Assembly (NCBI GenBank): GCA_007376385.1
Contig: VMGC01000002.1
Coordinates: forward strand, 1 to 64,000
Length of the DNA stretch: 64,000 nt
Source: Parcubacteria group bacterium Gr01-1014_8
GTDB taxonomy: Bacteria; Patescibacteriota; Minisyncoccia; Phycocordibacterales; UBA2100
Direction: 5' to 3'
Shown: piece by piece, positions 56,727 to 64,000 of the stretch
Position numbering within the stretch: position 1 is the first letter of the stretch
Layout: every line of letters starts with the position of its first letter
The notes under the pieces: generated by a model
Database searches by the model: none
Seen by the model: the letters and a program-made list of their open reading frames with translations, nothing else
Told to the model about the DNA's origin: nothing
Made by a program: the position numbers and the translations under genes

Positions 56727-57792
56727 AGTGCTAAGGCGGCGTACATGCGCCACATGTGCAAGTCTCGCTTTTTTATTATTACCTGTTGCCGCCGCAGCGC
56801 ACGAAGTATACGTCCTGACGCCTGAAGAGATCACGGCAGCGATGGCAGGGGAGCGCTCCTCTCACGTAGCGACCATCGCAGAACACCTCGGTCAATTCAT
56901 GTTCTGGGGTCTTGTTACGTCCATCGTTGTGACCACCGTATTTTTCATGTCCATTTCGCATTGGCTTGAGAATCTCAGCGCGCCATTCTTCCGACGGATC
57001 AAAAGCTACGCGCCGTACGTGTTGCAAGTCGGGTTGGGAGTCAGCCTCCTCTGCACAGCATGGTACGGAGCATTCATGGGGCCGGAGCTGCCCTTCAACG
57101 CAATTTTTGGTTCTGTCGCGTGGCTTGCGAGGGTGATACTCGTACTGTGCGGGGCGAGCATCCTCCTTGGTTACAACGCGCGTTCGGCGGCAATAGCCGC
57201 ACTTCTTCTTTTCCTGCCGGTTGCGGCGAAACACGGAACGTACCTGCTTACATACACTGAATACATCGGCGCGCTCCTATTTGTTGCGATAGGGGGCGGT
57301 GGGTATGCAACACGCATGCCTGTGCGACGCACGCAGACAGGCGAGGCGCGCCTTGCAGCGAGGCTTGAGTCGTGGATGCGAGTGCTTCTGCAATACCGAT
57401 ACGCTATCCTTCGTATGTCATTCGGGTTTGCCGTTATGTTCGCCGCGGTCTACGCAAAAATAGTACACAACTCGCTCGCACTGGCGGTTGTTGATACATA
57501 TGATCTCACAAGCTATGCGCTATTCTCCGCCTTCGAGCCGAACTTTCTTGTTCTCGGAGCGGCACTGATAGAATTTTTGGCCGGCCTCCTCTTATTCTTA
57601 GGCATAGAGATACGACACACGGTTGTGTTTCTGGCGTTCTGGCTGACGCTCTCACTTTTATTCTTTGGCGAGGCTGTGTGGCCGCATATCATACTCTTCG
57701 CGATAGCTGGAACGCTCTTTCTCTACGGATACGACGCGTACTCGCTTGAAGGACGATTCTTCAAGAAGGGGGGCAGGGAGCCTGTTTTGTGA
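56716..57792 (+). CDS. hypothetical polytopic membrane protein
   Basis: 358-aa ORF with signal peptide/TM helices. It contains an in-frame copy of the GC-rich palindrome (about 57310-57336). Confidence 0.6.
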   Translation: MEYKVLRRRTCATCASLAFLLLPVAAAAHEVYVLTPEEITAAMAGERSSHVATIAEHLGQFMFWGLVTSIVVTTVFFMSISHWLENLSAPFFRRIKSYAPYVLQVGLGVSLLCTAWYGAFMGPELPFNAIFGSVAWLARVILVLCGASILLGYNARSAAIAALLLFLPVAAKHGTYLLTYTEYIGALLFVAIGGGGYATRMPVRRTQTGEARLAARLESWMRVLLQYRYAILRMSFGFAVMFAAVYAKIVHNSLALAVVDTYDLTSYALFSAFEPNFLVLGAALIEFLAGLLLFLGIEIRHTVVFLAFWLTLSLLFFGEAVWPHIILFAIAGTLFLYGYDAYSLEGRFFKKGGREPVL

Positions 57793-57911
57793 TAAAGGTT
57801 CCTCATTGAACCTATGTTGACTCCTCGCTCCGAAGTGAACATGCGTACATGCCCGCTTCCCTCGCAACGCTCGTCAATGAAAGGGTCTTCTTGTCTAGAG
57901 CGAGGGAGTGA

Positions 57912-58019
57912 TATACCCCGTGAGATATGTATAAAAAAGGCATCTTAACTAGCTGATTATTCATTTGAATTTATAGATTGTGATGAGAAATTTGGAGTGT
58001 ACCTATCTCATGGGGTATA
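57912..58019 (+). mobile_element. ORF-less copy of the TIR element (100 bp) with 4-bp TSD TATA
   Basis: TIR cores at 57916..57927 (CCCCGTGAGATA) and 58004..58015 (TATCTCATGGGG). TATA is at 57912..57915 and 58016..58019. Confidence 0.6.
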
Positions 58020-58044
58020 CTTCTCACGACAGGCGCTTGTAACC

Positions 58045-58503
58045 ATGAAGTCGATAATTTCGATCGTAGCAGTGTTGCTGATGGCAGGAGTCGCGTACAT
58101 TATATGGCCGCAGTTCGCGAATGCACCGCAAATAGATGATCCTAGCGCGACAGAACGGGTCTCGGAACAGAAGAATGTACCGGTGGATGAGCAATTTGCA
58201 ACACTTATTACGTACACAGATGGGGGGTATAGCCCGCAAACGGTTTCAATAAAAAAAGGTCAGACAGTCAGGTTCGTTAATAACGCAGAACGCCAGGATA
58301 CATGGCCTGCGTCCGCCATACATCCCACCCATTCGATCTATCCGCAAAAAACGGACAGCGATTGTCTAGGGAGTTCATTCGATCCATGCCACGGATTAAA
58401 GCCGGGAGAGTTCTGGGAGTTTACGTTCAATGAAGTCGGGGAGTGGGGTTTCCATGACCACTTGCATCCGTCGAAGTTCGGGAAGATCCTCGTTACTGAA
58501 TAG
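58045..58503 (+). CDS. hypothetical exported protein, possibly cupredoxin-like
   Basis: It has an N-terminal TM/signal segment (MKSIISIVAVLLMAGVAYIIW) and a small beta-rich domain with conserved His/Cys (HPTHSIYP, DPCHG, FHDHLHP). The start was chosen at 58045. Confidence 0.55.
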   Translation: MKSIISIVAVLLMAGVAYIIWPQFANAPQIDDPSATERVSEQKNVPVDEQFATLITYTDGGYSPQTVSIKKGQTVRFVNNAERQDTWPASAIHPTHSIYPQKTDSDCLGSSFDPCHGLKPGEFWEFTFNEVGEWGFHDHLHPSKFGKILVTE

Positions 58504-58518
58504 AGAGAGATACTCGGC

Positions 58519-58615
58519 GGGGGTATGTGTTTTTCCGGGCACCGATCTTTCTTGGAAGAAAGATCCTCGAGTCCTCGGTCGTCACCTGCGGGGTCCCTGC
58601 GAAACACATACCCCC
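58519..58615 (+). repeat. compound hairpin between convergent genes (candidate bidirectional terminator)
   Basis: A 14-bp outer stem (GGGGGTATGTGTTT / AAACACATACCCCC) encloses an inner 9-bp hairpin (ATCTTTCTT-gg-AAGAAAGAT). Confidence 0.5.
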
Positions 58616-58651
58616 GTGCTCGCCGGAAGCTAGAATGCAAAGATCGAATAC

Positions 58652-59578
58652 CTATTTTTGGGCGTGCAATGTAAGATAGATATCCTCTAGAGCTTTCACG
58701 GCGTCTCCCGCAGCTATGTTATTTTGATGGAAAAGGCCGTCGGTCGAATCGCCAGCTGCCCAAATACCTGGCGTTGAGGTGCGCTGCGTGCGGGGGTCAA
58801 CCTTAATACGCGCCCACTCGTTCAATTCCACAACTCCTTTAGCAAGATCTGTCGACGGCACCATGCCGATCTCCACGAAAATGCCAGCGGCAGGGATCTC
58901 CGATGTTTTTCCCGTTGCCGTGTTCTTAACGACAATGCTTTGCACGAACTGCCCTCCTTTTATTTCAATGGGCGCGGTATTGGTAAGCGCTTTCATATTC
59001 GGATGTTTGAGGACAGCTTCTACCGTCGAGGCATCTGCTTTCGAGAAATCTGGGCCGCGATGCAGCAGCGTGACTGATTTTGCATACGCAAGAAGCTGCG
59101 CTGCCGTCTCGAACCCAGCGTTGCCCCCGCCGACAACGATAGTATCTTGGTCTGCGAAAAGAGGTCCGTCGCATGATGCGCAATACGTGAGCCCTTTATT
59201 CTCGTACTCCTTTGCACCAGGGATCTCGAGTTGTTTTCGAAAGCCGCCTGTTGCGATGAGAATTGCCCGCGTATCGTATGCGCTTTTATTTGTTTTTACT
59301 GAAAAGCCTTTCTCGGTTTTTTCTATTTTTTCAACTCGTTCGCCGATGTGTATATCCAGGCCCTGGCTCGCATACGCCCTCAAGTGGCCTTCGAACGCCT
59401 TCGCGAGGTCTTGCCCTGTTATTTTCTCAGTGCCTATCCAGTTCTGTATCTCATTTGAATCAAAACTCTGTCCTCCTATCTTCTCTGCAACGAGAACTGT
59501 CTTGAGGCGTTTTCTCGCGGCGTATACGCCGGCAGATACTCCTGCTGGCCCGCCTCCGATTATGACTAGATCGTACAT
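58652..59578 (-). CDS. trxB: thioredoxin-disulfide reductase
   Basis: FAD motif GGGPAGVSAGVYAAR, redox-active CASCDG and the NADPH motif. Confidence 0.9.
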   Translation of the reverse strand: MYDLVIIGGGPAGVSAGVYAARKRLKTVLVAEKIGGQSFDSNEIQNWIGTEKITGQDLAKAFEGHLRAYASQGLDIHIGERVEKIEKTEKGFSVKTNKSAYDTRAILIATGGFRKQLEIPGAKEYENKGLTYCASCDGPLFADQDTIVVGGGNAGFETAAQLLAYAKSVTLLHRGPDFSKADASTVEAVLKHPNMKALTNTAPIEIKGGQFVQSIVVKNTATGKTSEIPAAGIFVEIGMVPSTDLAKGVVELNEWARIKVDPRTQRTSTPGIWAAGDSTDGLFHQNNIAAGDAVKALEDIYLTLHAQK

Positions 59579-59637
59579 AGTAGGTCAAAGAATAACATGG
59601 CCGTTTGTAGTCCGGCCTCGCTTCGTTCCCACGGTGC

Positions 59638-60840
59638 TTATTTTCGACGAAGGAAGGAAGGAAGTCCACCCCATGCGTCATCGTCGTCGTCAGAAGCCGG
59701 ATCGCTTGCTCGCGGAATTTCCCTTGGAGATGGCGTTTCGCTTGGCTTTTGCGTTTCCACGCTCTTTCTCTCCATTCGCAAAGGCGGCAGCTCGTCAGCC
59801 TTGCGGCCGGCGAGTCTTTGAGGACCAAAAAGCTGTCTCCCTGTTCCTTCTGGAAAGCCTGTCGCGATGACCGTGACTCGTACCTGGCCTTTCTTGAGAT
59901 TGTCGTCCGTAACAGCGCCAAAAATAACCTTTGCCTCCGGGTCGATGGCTTCTGTTATGACATTGGCTGCATCCTGGATCTCCAACATGCCGAGATCCTC
60001 GCCGCCTGCGATGGAGAAGAGGACGCCCTTCGCACCTGTTATAGAAACTTCGAGGAGGGGAGAGTTTATTGCGGCACGAGCAGCGGACTCTGCACGCTTC
60101 TCACCCATAGCCGTTCCGATGCCCATAAGCGCCGAGCCCGCATTTTGCATGATGGTGCGCACGTCCGCGAAGTCTACGTTTATGATACCCGTTGTTGTAA
60201 TGAGGTCGGAAATACCCTCGACCGCCTGTTTTAAGATATCGTCACACATCGCGAAGGCGTTCTTGATGCCAGTATCTCTCGAAACAATAGAGAGAAGTTT
60301 TTCGTTCGGTATGATGATGATGGCGTCAACTGCCTTCCGGAGCTCCGAGATGCCTTGCTCTGCAAGCCTCATTCTCTGCGCTCCTTCAAATGCAAAGGGT
60401 TTCGTGACTACTCCAACCGTGAGGGCGCCAAGCTCGCGCGCTACTTTCGCGATGACGGGAGCCGCACCGGTCCCCGTGCCGCCGCCCATTCCACCGGTAA
60501 TAAACACCATGTCGGAACCTTTGAGGGCATCTTGAATATCTTCCTTCGTCTCTTCCGCCGCTTGTTTGCCAATATCAACATTCATGCCTGCGCCAAGTCC
60601 GCGCGTCAAACTTTTGCCGATATGGATCTTTTTCTTGGCTCTCGATTTATGGAGGTCCTGCGCGTCTGTGTTTATTGAAATGAAATCTACGCCGACGACG
60701 TGGGACGCCACCATGTGATTAACGGCGTTTCCGCCGGAGCCGCCGACGCCAACTACGCGTATCCGAGCAAATGACTCAACGTCGGGCTTGATCTGCTTGG
60801 CCATGGTGAGCCCATGATAGCAGGGTTTTACGAAAGGCAA
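59638..60840 (-). CDS. ftsZ: cell division protein FtsZ
   Basis: Tubulin signature GGGTGTGAAPVIA. The N-terminal domain is typical. Confidence 0.95.
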   Translation of the reverse strand: MPFVKPCYHGLTMAKQIKPDVESFARIRVVGVGGSGGNAVNHMVASHVVGVDFISINTDAQDLHKSRAKKKIHIGKSLTRGLGAGMNVDIGKQAAEETKEDIQDALKGSDMVFITGGMGGGTGTGAAPVIAKVARELGALTVGVVTKPFAFEGAQRMRLAEQGISELRKAVDAIIIIPNEKLLSIVSRDTGIKNAFAMCDDILKQAVEGISDLITTTGIINVDFADVRTIMQNAGSALMGIGTAMGEKRAESAARAAINSPLLEVSITGAKGVLFSIAGGEDLGMLEIQDAANVITEAIDPEAKVIFGAVTDDNLKKGQVRVTVIATGFPEGTGRQLFGPQRLAGRKADELPPLRMERKSVETQKPSETPSPREIPRASDPASDDDDDAWGGLPSFLRRK

Positions 60841-60989
60841 ACCCGCACGCTAATGGTGCCTTGGTTGCGAAGTGTTTTCACAATATTACCAACAAAATTG
60901 CAAGTGTGATATCAGAATATGCGCCGCGGTGACTGACGCTGGAGGGGCAACAAAAACACAAAGGCACCATTTAGTGTGCGGGCAAATCG

Positions 60990-61095
60990 TTGACCCCGTG
61001 AGATAAACATGGTGACGTTCGAGTCGAACATGTGGTTTTGTTGTGGCTCTCAAGCACCGCCTAACAATAAGGAATGGGTTATCTCACGGGGTTGA
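60990..61095 (+). mobile_element. ORF-less copy of the TIR element (98 bp) with 4-bp TSD TTGA, in the ftsA-ftsZ intergenic region
   Basis: TIR cores at 60994..61005 and 61080..61091. TTGA is at 60990..60993 and 61092..61095. Confidence 0.6.
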
Positions 61096-61297
61096 CTTTA
61101 TCTATCGTTTATTGCGGCTAGCGAGGAATCGAGGCGAGAGATTGCTCTCATCTCGTCCGAGCGACGACGCAACATACGGGTCGAATACCCCGCGGCTTGC
61201 CGCGGGTGAGGACGTGCGAAGCGCGTTCCTCATGGTGGGGCTTGCCCCGTGGTATGAATACCCTTTTTATTCCCTGGTGTACGAGAGGGAGGTGAGG

Positions 61298-62470
61298 TTA
61301 GGGCAAAAGCGTCCTAAAACCAGTGCGAAGCGAGTCGATCGTGCGGGAAAGAATGTCTCCAAACGTATGCATTGGCGCGGCGGCGTCTTCCGTGTACGCC
61401 CAGCGGCACAGCCCGTAGGCGACAGCCCACGTCGCGTCCAGACTACCAAGGCGCGGGATACCTGCTGGGACGCCGATCTGCGAAGGAATGCGAAGCGTTG
61501 TGCGTGCAATATCTGTCGCTTGTGCTACACCAGAACCGCCGCCGGTAATAACGATGCCAGCGGGAAGCAGCCGGTGCCGCCCGATAGTTTTTAAGTGTGC
61601 ATTCATCAGCAGGTACATTTCTTTGAGTTGGCTGGAAACAATGCTTCCCATTTTGCGCGGAGGAATGTCGCTGCCGGTTACCGCCCCTCGTTTCATCTGC
61701 TCTGCTTCCGAAAGCGGGATTTGGAACGAAAGCGCTATCGCGTTAGTGATATCCGATGAGCCGATAGGAAACACTTTCACGGAAATAGGTACATCGTTGT
61801 CATAGACGATGATGGAAAGCGTTTCAGCTCCGATATTCGCAAGAACTACACCGGCTGTCTTTTGCGCTTTGGTAAGTGTGACAAAACTCGCGGCGAGAGG
61901 GGAAGCCATCACGCCTTCTACTTCAATGCCGGCCGATTCGACTGCGTCAATAAGATCATCATGGTGCTGCGTCAGGATAGAAATAATGAGCGTGTCTACG
62001 GAAAGTTTTGTACCCTGAAGACCGTGCGGGCGGCCGCGAACAGGGATGCCGTCTATGCGGTACTCAAGAGGTATGGTATGCAGTATTGTACGATTTATGA
62101 GCCTGGAAATTGCCTTTTTTTCACTCTCGCGCTGTGAGCGCTCGATCTCTCTCTCGGTCGCAATTCCTCCCGATGTCGTTAGCGTGACATCTCCGGTCGA
62201 GCGCATTTCTTCTAAGCTGACTCCTCCCATTGCGATGCGGGCGCTCCGTACAGGCGTTTTTGACGCTTGAGCCGCCCTACCGACTGCCTCGCGGATGCTC
62301 CGTGTTACTTCCTTAGGGTCTACAAGATATCCGTGGCGCATGCCTTTCGAAGAGGCAGAGCCGGTGCCGATGATGGTCATTGGCAGCTCGGGTGAATCCG
62401 GGGGACTCGCAATGACTGCTTTCACATGGTACGTACCGATATCAATTCCTGTATAGATAGTTCGGCGCAT
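61298..62470 (-). CDS. ftsA: cell division protein FtsA
   Basis: It has an actin-like ATPase fold (IDIGTYHVKAV..., GGGSGVAQ). It lies upstream of ftsZ. Confidence 0.9.
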   Translation of the reverse strand: MRRTIYTGIDIGTYHVKAVIASPPDSPELPMTIIGTGSASSKGMRHGYLVDPKEVTRSIREAVGRAAQASKTPVRSARIAMGGVSLEEMRSTGDVTLTTSGGIATEREIERSQRESEKKAISRLINRTILHTIPLEYRIDGIPVRGRPHGLQGTKLSVDTLIISILTQHHDDLIDAVESAGIEVEGVMASPLAASFVTLTKAQKTAGVVLANIGAETLSIIVYDNDVPISVKVFPIGSSDITNAIALSFQIPLSEAEQMKRGAVTGSDIPPRKMGSIVSSQLKEMYLLMNAHLKTIGRHRLLPAGIVITGGGSGVAQATDIARTTLRIPSQIGVPAGIPRLGSLDATWAVAYGLCRWAYTEDAAAPMHTFGDILSRTIDSLRTGFRTLLP

Positions 62471-62532
62471 ATGCGTAGCGCCTCATTGTAGCGCGCAATA
62501 CCTGGATTCCAAATGCAGATACGTCGTGGATA

Positions 62533-62931
62533 TTAAAATCCCGCTTTTTTCACGTACCGCTGTTCGAGATCGTCCATTTTTTTACCATGCTTAAGACCCT
62601 TGAGATGCAAACAGCCATGAACAAAGAGAAATGCGGTGTGTCTAGCGATCGAAACTCGAAGTGCGCGGGCTTCCCGCTCGGCTTTTCGCATATTCAGGAA
62701 TATCTCGCCCTCGCTCCTACTAATAGGGAATGAAAGTACGTTTGGCGAGTAGTCTTTTTTGCCTGACCGGCCAGGTCGATATTTTTTGTTTATGACGCGT
62801 GAAAGCGCGTCTCCGCAGACCACAAGGGAGAGAGAATAGTTATTTCCGAGAATTGCTCTCGCTATTTTCTCAAACGAAACGCGCGGCAGCGTGCCGCGAA
62901 TGGAGACCGTAGTATCGAACTGAAATGACAT
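62533..62931 (-). CDS. ybeY: rRNA maturation RNase YbeY
   Basis: The HGCLHLKGLKH zinc-binding motif is present. Confidence 0.85.
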   Translation of the reverse strand: MSFQFDTTVSIRGTLPRVSFEKIARAILGNNYSLSLVVCGDALSRVINKKYRPGRSGKKDYSPNVLSFPISRSEGEIFLNMRKAEREARALRVSIARHTAFLFVHGCLHLKGLKHGKKMDDLEQRYVKKAGF

Positions 62932-63267
62932 CTACCGTGCTATCGGAGTATCCTCGCCGAAACGCGCAGGTGTGGGGGAAGCAGGCGAGCTTTCTCGTGG
63001 AGCAGAGTTTTGCGGCCGGCCGCGGAAACCTCGGCGTGTCGGTGCTTCAGCAATTTTGCCTTCTTTTACGAGACGGCGGAATTCATCGCGACGTTTGATG
63101 CGCTTCAGCGCTTTTTTCTTTGCAACTGCCTTTGATGTGGTACGCACGTAGTACCTGCGTTTTCGAGCATTTTGGATGAGACCGGTGCCCTGTACGCGTC
63201 GGCTGAACTTCCGAATGACCGAGAGCGGGCTTTCGTTTCCGGCCTTATTTACTTCTGCGTTTACCAT
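62932..63267 (-). CDS. rpsU: ribosomal protein bS21 with basic C-terminal extension
   Basis: MVNAEVNKAGNESPLSVIRKFSRRVQGTGLIQNARKRRYY matches S21. The start was taken at the internal Met of the track ORF. Confidence 0.65.
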   Translation of the reverse strand: MVNAEVNKAGNESPLSVIRKFSRRVQGTGLIQNARKRRYYVRTTSKAVAKKKALKRIKRRDEFRRLVKEGKIAEAPTRRGFRGRPQNSAPRESSPASPTPARFGEDTPIAR

Positions 63268-63361
63268 TGCGCTGGACAATAGCACGAGATACACACGTAG
63301 GCAAATAGAGGGGCCCTCTTTATTTGCGAGCGTTGCGAGAGAAACGCAGAAGAGCACTTTT

Positions 63362-63433
63362 GCATTTCCGAGCGACGCAGACAGCAAAGGTTTAAAACCC
63401 CGCGGCTTGCCCGTATGGGTTGAAACCTTTCAT
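63362..63433 (+). repeat. REP-like repeat copy 2
   Basis: See 55877..56025. The imperfect 13-bp stem AAAGGTTTAAAACCC / GGGTTGAAACCTTT forms a stem-loop. Confidence 0.7.
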
Positions 63434-64000
63434 ACGAGAGATGTCGCCGCGATTGATTTGTAACGGCGCAGATAACCAGGAAGTTCTGTGAGTGCAACGG
63501 CTTCCTGCGAGTTCGTTGCGACCTCTCGCACGAGCACCGTTCCTTCCATTGCTTCTTTGTGCCCCATCAGTAAGAGGTGAGACACGCTTGTCTTCTTTGC
63601 GTGTTCCATTTGTTCGCCTAGGCGCTCATACATAAGGGATTGATGCACCGGAATTCCTGCGTGGCGGAGCGTTTCGAGCACAGAGAGTGCCTTGCGGCGC
63701 GCTTCCATGCCAAGGTGTGCGAAATAAAGGGATGGTGCCATGCGCACGGCAGGTTTAACGCGCGTCTTTCCTCGCAGCTCGCAAGCGATGGATACGACGA
63801 CAGCAGGAGTCTCTCGTGCGGCAAAGCGCGAGGCTAGAGGGTCATAGCGTCCGCCGCTTGCGAAAGGAATTCGCGAGCCCGTTTCTTCATCGACTGACGC
63901 CATTTCAAATAACGTATGCGCCCAAAAATCGCGGCTTCCGAGTACGCTGGGCGAGAGTTCGTATGGAACGCCGAATACTTCGAGATATTCAAGGAGGTCC
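63430..64000 (-). CDS. hisS: histidyl-tRNA synthetase, 3' portion (gene continues beyond window end)
   Basis: Motif 3 GGRYD and the anticodon-binding domain are present. The reading frame stays open to position 64000 (...DLLEYLEVFGVPYELSPSVLGSRDFWAH...). Confidence 0.8.
   Translation of the reverse strand, partial: DLLEYLEVFGVPYELSPSVLGSRDFWAHTLFEMASVDEETGSRIPFASGGRYDPLASRFAARETPAVVVSIACELRGKTRVKPAVRMAPSLYFAHLGMEARRKALSVLETLRHAGIPVHQSLMYERLGEQMEHAKKTSVSHLLLMGHKEAMEGTVLVREVATNSQEAVALTELPGYLRRYKSIAATSLV

Noticed and set aside
58779-59870. 363-aa plus-strand ORF
   Set aside because: It is antisense to trxB and the 3' part of ftsZ, and its Pro/Ser/Ala-rich composition is a frame artefact.
61043-61594. 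183-aa plus-strand ORF
   Set aside because: It overlaps the TIR element copy and runs antisense into ftsA. It has no homology and a poor context.

Overview
This 64-kb window (about 50% GC) is densely coded. It appears to come from a small-genome bacterium. The gene content (a 707-aa ValRS, a four-helix-bundle protein, giant Pro/Cys-rich secreted proteins, many tiny ORFs) suggests a Patescibacteria/CPR-like lineage; this is inference only.

Contents:
- Housekeeping genes on the + strand: groES-groEL, class II ribonucleotide reductase (nrdJ), murJ, lepA, pyrF-pyrE.
- Housekeeping genes on the - strand: valS, tsaD, trxB, ftsZ-ftsA, ybeY, rpsU, hisS (3' part; it runs off the window end).
- RNA genes: 8 tRNAs and an RNase P RNA.
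- A tandem cluster of three giant secreted proteins (1086, 826 and 2389 aa) with shared Cys-rich N-terminal and beta-sandwich-like C-terminal modules. One carries an RlpA-like DPBB domain.
- Many small inverted-repeat-bounded elements, which are unusual for a genome of this type.

The most striking feature is a family of five elements bounded by 12-16 bp terminal inverted repeats (TA)CCCCGTGAGATA...TATCTCACGGGG(TA). Four are ORF-less, about 100 bp long, and carry 4-bp target-site duplications (TATA x2, TTGA). The fifth is a 277-bp copy with a 5-bp TATAA duplication whose only cargo is an 80-aa GIY-YIG nuclease gene. That copy sits exactly in the promoter of a paralogous gene whose sister copy preserves the empty site. 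Another copy supplies the P3 helix position of the RNase P RNA.

Other elements:
- An IS200/IS605-like (RAYT-like) HUH transposase element inserted at the groEL 3' end, flanked by a 35-bp direct duplication of the groEL tail.
- Two decayed duplicates of the lepA 5' end upstream of lepA.
- A four-helix-bundle gene cassette flanked by imperfect inverted repeats between lemA and htpX.
- A TrpR-like gene bracketed by two identical 20-22 bp perfect palindromes.
- REP-like GC-rich palindromes, one inserted inside another repeat and one in-frame inside a CDS.

No CRISPR array was found.
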